59,216 bases of DNA, taken from NCBI RefSeq assembly GCF_001194135.2, contig NC_068988.1, positions 62,948,103-63,007,318 of the forward strand, in the 5' to 3' direction. Each line of letters starts with the position of its first letter. Position 1 is the first letter of the stretch. Shown piece by piece: positions 52,761 to 59,216 of the stretch. The translations under genes and the position numbers were made by a program. The notes beneath the pieces are model-generated. The model made no database searches. It was not told the DNA's origin and saw only the letters and a list, made by a program, of their open reading frames with translations. This DNA is from Octopus bimaculoides (Eukaryota).

Positions 52761-54104
52761 TGTCTCCAATGTCATTGTGTGAATATCTGTAACCGCTCAT
52801 ATACTTTTTAGAGGAGACGACGTGTCATATAGTTCCTCTTAAACAGAGTGCGGCAGGCTTTCTTTATTCAATAATTTAACACTACCATGTATATCTTAGT
52901 CCTGTTAATGGTGTACGTTCTATTCGTAATATGCCAAACACCTTCTAGTGATGTATACCTTCGCATATGCGTTACCAGTTTTGGAGGCTCGGGAAAGTTT
53001 CAGAGATGTGCAGTCCCTTCTTTCTTAGTGATTTCTTTGTATCGGTTTTGCGATATCTAAAAGCGACATCCTGTTCTCTTGATATACATTATATGCCCTA
53101 GCTGCCTACATATCAAAACACTTCGTACCAAGTAACTGTTAGTCATATGGAAATATTAACCATTTAGTAGATTTGAATAGTAACATTCGATATGAAAAAT
53201 AATATTGCCTTTGATTGAATACGAACTGTCTATAACGCTATAAAAGTAACAGCATGCAAATTTACTAAGATTTATATCTTTCCATTTATAGAAGTGTGTG
53301 TTTTTTTTTTTTTTTTTTTTTTTTTTTGTTTTTTTGTAAATTGGTATTAGTTGAATTCGTCCACCAAGTGTAGAGATAATATAACTAAACAATTATACAA
53401 AGAATTACAAACAAATAAATGTTTCAGAATTACTTTCTCTTGTCATCCTATCTCGTATCTCATCGCAACTATTATGATGCATTTGCATTTGTGAGAAATG
53501 TAGCGTCTAATACAGATTTTTACGTCTAACGAACACAGAGAAAATACCACCTGCTTTCTCTCTACGTCTAGTAGTCGAAAATTAAATATTAATAAAACAG
53601 AAGTACACCAATGCTTTCTACTTCGTTCGCGATAGTATGTGGAGATTTATTCAACTACAAAAATGAATAAACTGAGAGGAGATACCTGCTAATTTCGAAA
53701 TATGTGACGCCAGTGCGTCTGCAAACTGGTGACCCAACTAATACATAGATCACTATAATAGTATCTAACAGCTTTTCTATAAGAAATATCTTCGATTTCG
53801 AAGTGACACACTGGAGCCAGAAATGAGTGAGTTCTCCAATTTATATAAACAAATCAGAAACATCACTGTATATGTATGCATTTACCACACGAAATGATCA
53901 TAATAAGAACACGCATTAGTATACTTGCTTTCGGATTTAGAATTTCACTTTCTATGTGGGTGTTTTTCAGATTTCTGTACGTTTCATAAGATATGCAATC
54001 ATGTGAATATATTATTTGTATATACATACACTCCAAAACACGAACACATGTATACATGTATGAATATATATATATTTACGTATGCATGTATACCTCTTTT
54101 TCAA

Positions 54105-54139
<35 letters not shown>

Positions 54140-54649
54140 NNNNNNNNNNNNNNNNNNNNNNNNNNNNNNNNNNNNNNNNNNNNNNNNNNNNNNNNNNNNN
54201 NNNNNNNNNNNNNNNNNNNNNNNNNNNNNNNNNNNNNNNNNNNNNNNNNNNNNNNNNNNNNNNNNNNNNNNNNNNNNNNNNNNNNNNNNNNNNNNNNNNN
54301 NNNNNNNNNNNNNNNNNNNNNNNNNNNNNNNNNNNNNNNNNNNNNNNNNNNNNNNNNNNNNNNNNNNNNNNNNNNNNNNNNNNNNNNNNNNNNNNNNNNN
54401 NNNNNNNNNNNNNNNNNNNNNNNNNNNNNNNNNNNNNNNNNNNNNNNNNNNNNNNNNNNNNNNNNNNNNNNNNNNNNNNNNNNNNNNNNNNNNNNNNNNN
54501 NNNNNNNNNNNNNNNNNNNNNNNNNNNNNNNNNNNNNNNNNNNNNNNNNNNNNNNNNNNNNNNNNNNNNNNNNNNNNNNNNNNNNNNNNNNNNNNNNNNN
54601 NNNNNNNNNNNNNNNNNNNNNNNNNNNNNNNNNNNNNNNNNNNNNNNNN

Positions 54650-54683
<34 letters not shown>

Positions 54684-55406
54684 ATAATATTATATTACAT
54701 TAGAGAAAAATTATAACCAGGGCAGAACGAGTCCTTCAAGTCGTTCAGAATAATTAAATTACTGTGAGCTTAATTCGTGCTCATCATACTTTCTCGTTCT
54801 ATATACACATTTTCAATATGAATACATCATCCAAAATACTACCAAAATACTGCATCGATTTACCTGGGTAAATTTTAACTAAAAGCCTATATCTTGATGG
54901 AAGTACCGACCAACATCCATATCCTCCGAAAACAGATGAGTTGTGAACGTTATTCTCTTGCCTATTTTTTTCTAACTACTTCTGCTCTTTACTGTATTCT
55001 ATTCCTTACGAACTGTGAATTTTATTCCTCGTAAACTTTAAATTTTCGCCGTCTAGAATAGTCATATCTTGTCTCTGATAACAGAATAAACAGTGCACCG
55101 ACATGCTAACCTACCACTTGCGATATCCCAGAAACGGCTATAAGACTTCAAATTCATCTAAATTCTGCCTTGGTTTTGATTTTCCGTCTAATATAATACA
55201 TACCTGCTATAACGGAACCGTAACATGGACCCTAGATCCAGCCTTAGCGGTGATCTTGGAACCTAACGGTCAACCAACTTATACTGCTAACCCATATTTT
55301 CACTCTCTCGCTCTATCTCTCTCTCTGTATATATATATGTATACATATATATAGGGAGAGAGAGGTATGTTCGTACAAACAGGAAAAGTAGAACTTTAAA
55401 TATGAG

Positions 55407-55540
55407 TATATGTGTATTTTTATTGATATTTAGCAGACGCAACAGAGTGACGCAAGGTTCGAGAGATAGGTGCCAACACACGAAACAGCAAGACCTTGTG
55501 TCAGTTTGTTCTGCTAAATACTAATAAAAATATACATACA
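55407..55540. repeat. About 134-bp imperfect palindrome, MITE-like
   Basis: gtatttttattgatatttagcagac...tgacgcaagg versus ccttgtgtca...tctgctaaatactaataaaaatatac; about 36-nt spacer. Confidence 0.85.
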
Positions 55541-56546
55541 CACATACACACACAGAGGCAGGACACTTATATATACACCATTCTGGTTTAATAATGGAAA
55601 TGCAAGCACAATATCCTTACTTATCTTACGTTTGCTTTCATTCTTCTCTATAATAAACTATTACTTAAACATTTTCTCGCACCGTCTCTGATGAAGGGAT
55701 ATATANNNNNNNNNNNNNNNNNNNNNNNNNNNNNNNNNNNNNNNNNNNNNNNNNNNNNNNNNNNNNNNNNNNNNNNNNNNNNNNNNNNNNNNNNNNNNNN
55801 NNNNNGAGAGAGAGAGAGAGAAACTGACAGACAGACAGACAGACAGACAGACAGAAAGGTAGATAGATGGATATATACTTACATACATACATACATACAT
55901 ACGTACATACATACACACATACGTACTGACATACATGCATACATACCTACAAACATATATACATACATAAATACACACGCATTTGTGCGTATGTTTACCA
56001 CTATTTTTATACACATGCACTTGCTCCTACCTGTTTCATATTAAGCCCGCTCAAACTTAATCTCTTTTGATGAAAAAAGGAGATGCGAATCAATATTTCG
56101 TTATCTTCTCATCAATTTTTTTAAGAGAAAAAAATATAAGCAATATGTAATTTTCCCTTGACATATAGGGAAAAAAAAACTTGTTTTAGGATCTAGTATT
56201 TCTTCCTATTAAATATGTGTGCTTTTATTATTTATGTATAATTTTCTTGATACATACACCTCTTCTCTAGATTCTCTATCTATCAATCTGTATTTACCTA
56301 CCTTTGCTTTCTTCTCTCTCCAGGTACATCACCCATTTCTTTGCCGAAAATATTTGATCAATCATTGTAAAAACGCCTATAAAATATCAGCGACGTTTTC
56401 TTTTCCTTGCTTTTCTTTTGGATTAATTCTTTACTCATATTGTTCCTTGATTACATTTTTACTTCTTTCATCAACATTTTCCCCCTGTTTCTCTTCTTTA
56501 TTACTTTGTACTCTACTCGTTCACTTTTGCATCAGCCCACATTAAA

Positions 56547-56577
<31 letters not shown>

Positions 56578-56602
56578 GAGAGAGAGAGAGAGNNNNNNNN
56601 NN

Positions 56603-56642
<40 letters not shown>

Positions 56643-56719
56643 TTCTACATATGCAGAGTTGTAACGAATCACTTTATAATCTCGTCCCTCCTGTATAAAG
56701 ATCAAGGGGCTAACTGAAA

Positions 56720-57300
56720 CTAGTGCTACTCGTATTGATACTTCGATTAACAATCTTTATTTTTCGTGATGATCTCTGGCAAATATATCCGGTCTATTGC
56801 TCTTAATTTCTCTATCAGTGTGTATTGACATATTCCAGAAAACGGTTGCTTTCTCAGTTTCTGAGACCTCTTCAGGCGTGTGCCTATAAAATCGTTTTCT
56901 GCTGTTATTCCATAGAATTGGCCTATCGTCCAACGTATATAGGTGCTAACTCCGTTGTGTCTGTGAATATATACCTTTTTAACCAGGACTGACCAGCCAG
57001 AGGCAATATGATTCATTGTTTCTTCTCAATCTCTACATATTCTGCAGTTACTTGTATTTATTTCATTACATGTTTTGGAGGATTTCTGGTAGGAAGGGTT
57101 TCATAGTCTGCTGCAATTAATAATCCTTCATTCTCTGCTCTGAGTCCTGAGCTGCTAAGCCATTGTTGAGATTTTGCTTTGTCTCTTTCCTTTCTGTTTA
57201 GTTTAACCCAATATTTTTATGAAGGGGTTTTCTTGCCATCGTTTTATCATGATCCGTTCCTGATCCTCTTTTAGAATGAATTTCAGTTGTCATACACAAA
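56720..57300 (-). mobile_element. R4/Dong-like fragment, same subfamily as 26280
   Basis: IKRWQE.PLH, KSQQWLSSSGLRAENEGLLIAA, NCRICRD*EETMNHIASG, YIHRHNGVSTYIRW, YRHTPEEVSETEKATVFWNMSIHTDREIK, NRPDIFARD. Confidence 0.9.
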
Positions 57301-57369
57301 TAAGAGAAGAAAGACAGGAAAATGATGAACAAAATGAAAAAAAAAAAAGAATAAAAAATGTAAAGCGGA

Positions 57370-57870
57370 AACGTAAAGAAAATTCGCAGCAAAAATACCC
57401 TTCTCAATAGATGTGACGTACCAGTTAAGACAATCTTTCACATTTCCTGCACGTATGGTAAGCCAGGAATCATCCTCAAATAATTATCATTTCACTTTTT
57501 GATCATTCCAAGTGCTCCTACAATCACTGATATTGTAACCGTCTTCAGATGCTTATTTTTTTCTGATTTCGATCAGCAAATCTTTATATTTTCTCAGCAT
57601 ATTAAATTTTTTGGCCGAAATATTATGATCACAAGGTATGCTCATGTCAGTCAATAAACAGATTTTATTGTCTTGGTCTTTTACAACTATATCTGTGTTT
57701 TTTTAGCTTTGATAGTCTGATCTGTAAATACTGGAATGTCACAAAGAATTGTGACATTTTCTCGCCCAGTTACAGGATGCTGTCAGCAGTTTTGATTTTA
57801 TAATGGTAACACATTATCCAATGTACATATTGGCCAACTCTAACTCTATCATGACTAGATTTATTCTCTA
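57370..57870 (-). mobile_element. R4/Dong-like 3' fragment, second subfamily
   Basis: HDRVRVGQYVHWIMCYHYKIKTAD, NVTILCDIPVFTDQTIKA, TDIVVKDQDNKICLLTDMSIPCDHNISAKKFNMLRKYKDLLIEI, VIVGALGMIKK, IVLTGTSHLLRRV. Confidence 0.9.
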
Positions 57871-57877
57871 TTGCTAC

Positions 57878-57897
57878 TATTATTATTATTATTATTA

Positions 57898-57977
<80 letters not shown>

Positions 57978-57995
57978 ATTAGTATTATTATCATT
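57878..57995. repeat. (ATT)n microsatellite
   Basis: Read directly from the sequence; (AAT)n on the minus strand. Confidence 0.97.
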
Positions 57996-58285
57996 GCCTT
58001 TGCATAGCTTCTAACGCTGCAGATGTATTACAGTGTCAACTGTTCCCTACCAGTGAACTATGGTAACACCTCTTATTTTTCCAGCACCTTCCCAGCAGTG
58101 CTGTTTTCTGCAAGTATTCCACCCTTATTGCAGTCCCTATTTGTTCCATGTACTTCTCGAGTTTTTGACTCACTGTTCCTAGGACTCCGACAATTATTGG
58201 TACCACTGCTACTCTTTTCCATCGATCACACCTCCTTAACTTCCCAAGCTAACCTGTCATATCTCTCGACTTTCAGTACCCGTCA
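57995..58285 (-). mobile_element. R4/Dong-like 3' end with UTR, third subfamily
   Basis: KVERYDRLAWEVKEV, KRVAVVPIIVGVLGTVSQKLEKYMEQIGTAIRVEYLQKTALLG..VLEK*, then a short UTR and (AAT)n. Confidence 0.85.
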
Positions 58286-58419
58286 AACAAATGTAATCTC
58301 AATCGGGCAATCGTTACTAATCTACGTTTTATTTACAACACCCAATATTTTGTCATAACTCGGGTCAACTATTTAACCGTGCTCAATTCATTTTATTCAC
58401 TGTTATTATGCTAGACCAT

Positions 58420-58630
58420 GGCAGAGATCTGGCAGAATCGTTAGCGAGCCGGACGTAAAGTTTAGCGGCATTTCGTCCGCCTTCACATTTTAAATTCAAA
58501 TTTCGCCGATGTTGACTTTCCCTTTCCTGGGTTGATAATATAAATACCAAGTTAGGAGTGAGCTCAATGTAACCCATTTACTCCACTCTTAACATTGCTG
58601 GTTATGTTCCAAAATTTGAAAGCAATATTA
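58420..58630 (+). mobile_element. SINE family B, decayed
   Basis: ggcagagatctggcagaatcgttagcgagccggacg head and aaattcaaatttcgccgatgttgactttccc core. Confidence 0.8.
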
Positions 58631-59120
58631 CGCAACAAAAGATGAGATCAGTGTCGGCTGTGGTTTCTAACTAATAATCCTAAGTCAATGATCATTTAAG
58701 AGATATTGGTCTTAAAGTTTGGCACAAGGCAAGCAATTTCTGGTGTTCGATAATTGAATTGCATATTTCATACCGAAAACTAACTCACGCCATTTCAAAT
58801 ACCTCACAGATATTATTCCCAATCCCAAAGTTTCAAATGTGTTTATTTGCCAGATTTTCTACATATTAAGTATAATACTTATATTACGTAGAATTTTATA
58901 ATTTGTATTGATAGTTGGTTGGGAACCTACGGAATAGAAATTACGTATGAGTTTTAGCACTCAACCAAGCAATCTCCCTCTATATTAGTCCTTTATCTAT
59001 CAATGCTAAATAGATTGTTAACTACGATCAAATTTGAACCGAGAGTAAAAACACTTTTATCTATGCATGTACACAGAAAGACACGCATAAACACAAAAAC
59101 ATATGCGCACAAATCCACAC

Positions 59121-59157
<37 letters not shown>

Positions 59158-59216
59158 AGTATATATGTATGTATATATGTATGTATATATATATGTATAT
59201 ATATATATATATATAT

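Overview
AT-rich, repeat-dense eukaryotic non-coding DNA from a gapped short-read assembly: 23 N-runs, nearly all flanked by dinucleotide repeats. The SINE families and microsatellite load resemble an octopus (coleoid cephalopod) genome; this rests on recall, not on a search. No intact protein-coding gene, RNA gene or prokaryotic system is supported, and almost all long ORFs in the track are microsatellite or N-gap artefacts. Supported content: (i) one decayed RTE-type LINE; (ii) five decayed fragments of R4/Dong-like non-LTR retrotransposons (zinc-knuckle and/or restriction-like-endonuclease region), in two head-to-tail stacks with trinucleotide runs at two of the three junctions; (iii) four Tc1/mariner relics, one built from two inverted copies of the same transposase 3' end; (iv) about 20 SINE copies from four families (A-D are my labels); (v) several fold-back or MITE-like palindromes, including a 382-bp near-perfect one; (vi) compound microsatellites and local tandem duplications. 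A few phase-compatible minus-strand exon candidates exist but are low confidence. I found no evidence for a wholly new biological system. The best leads are the stacked Dong-like fragments, the double-3'-end mariner, the 382-bp palindrome, a covarying hairpin in a tandem duplication, and a hammerhead-motif-like structured segment. Most element boundaries are approximate, read by eye.
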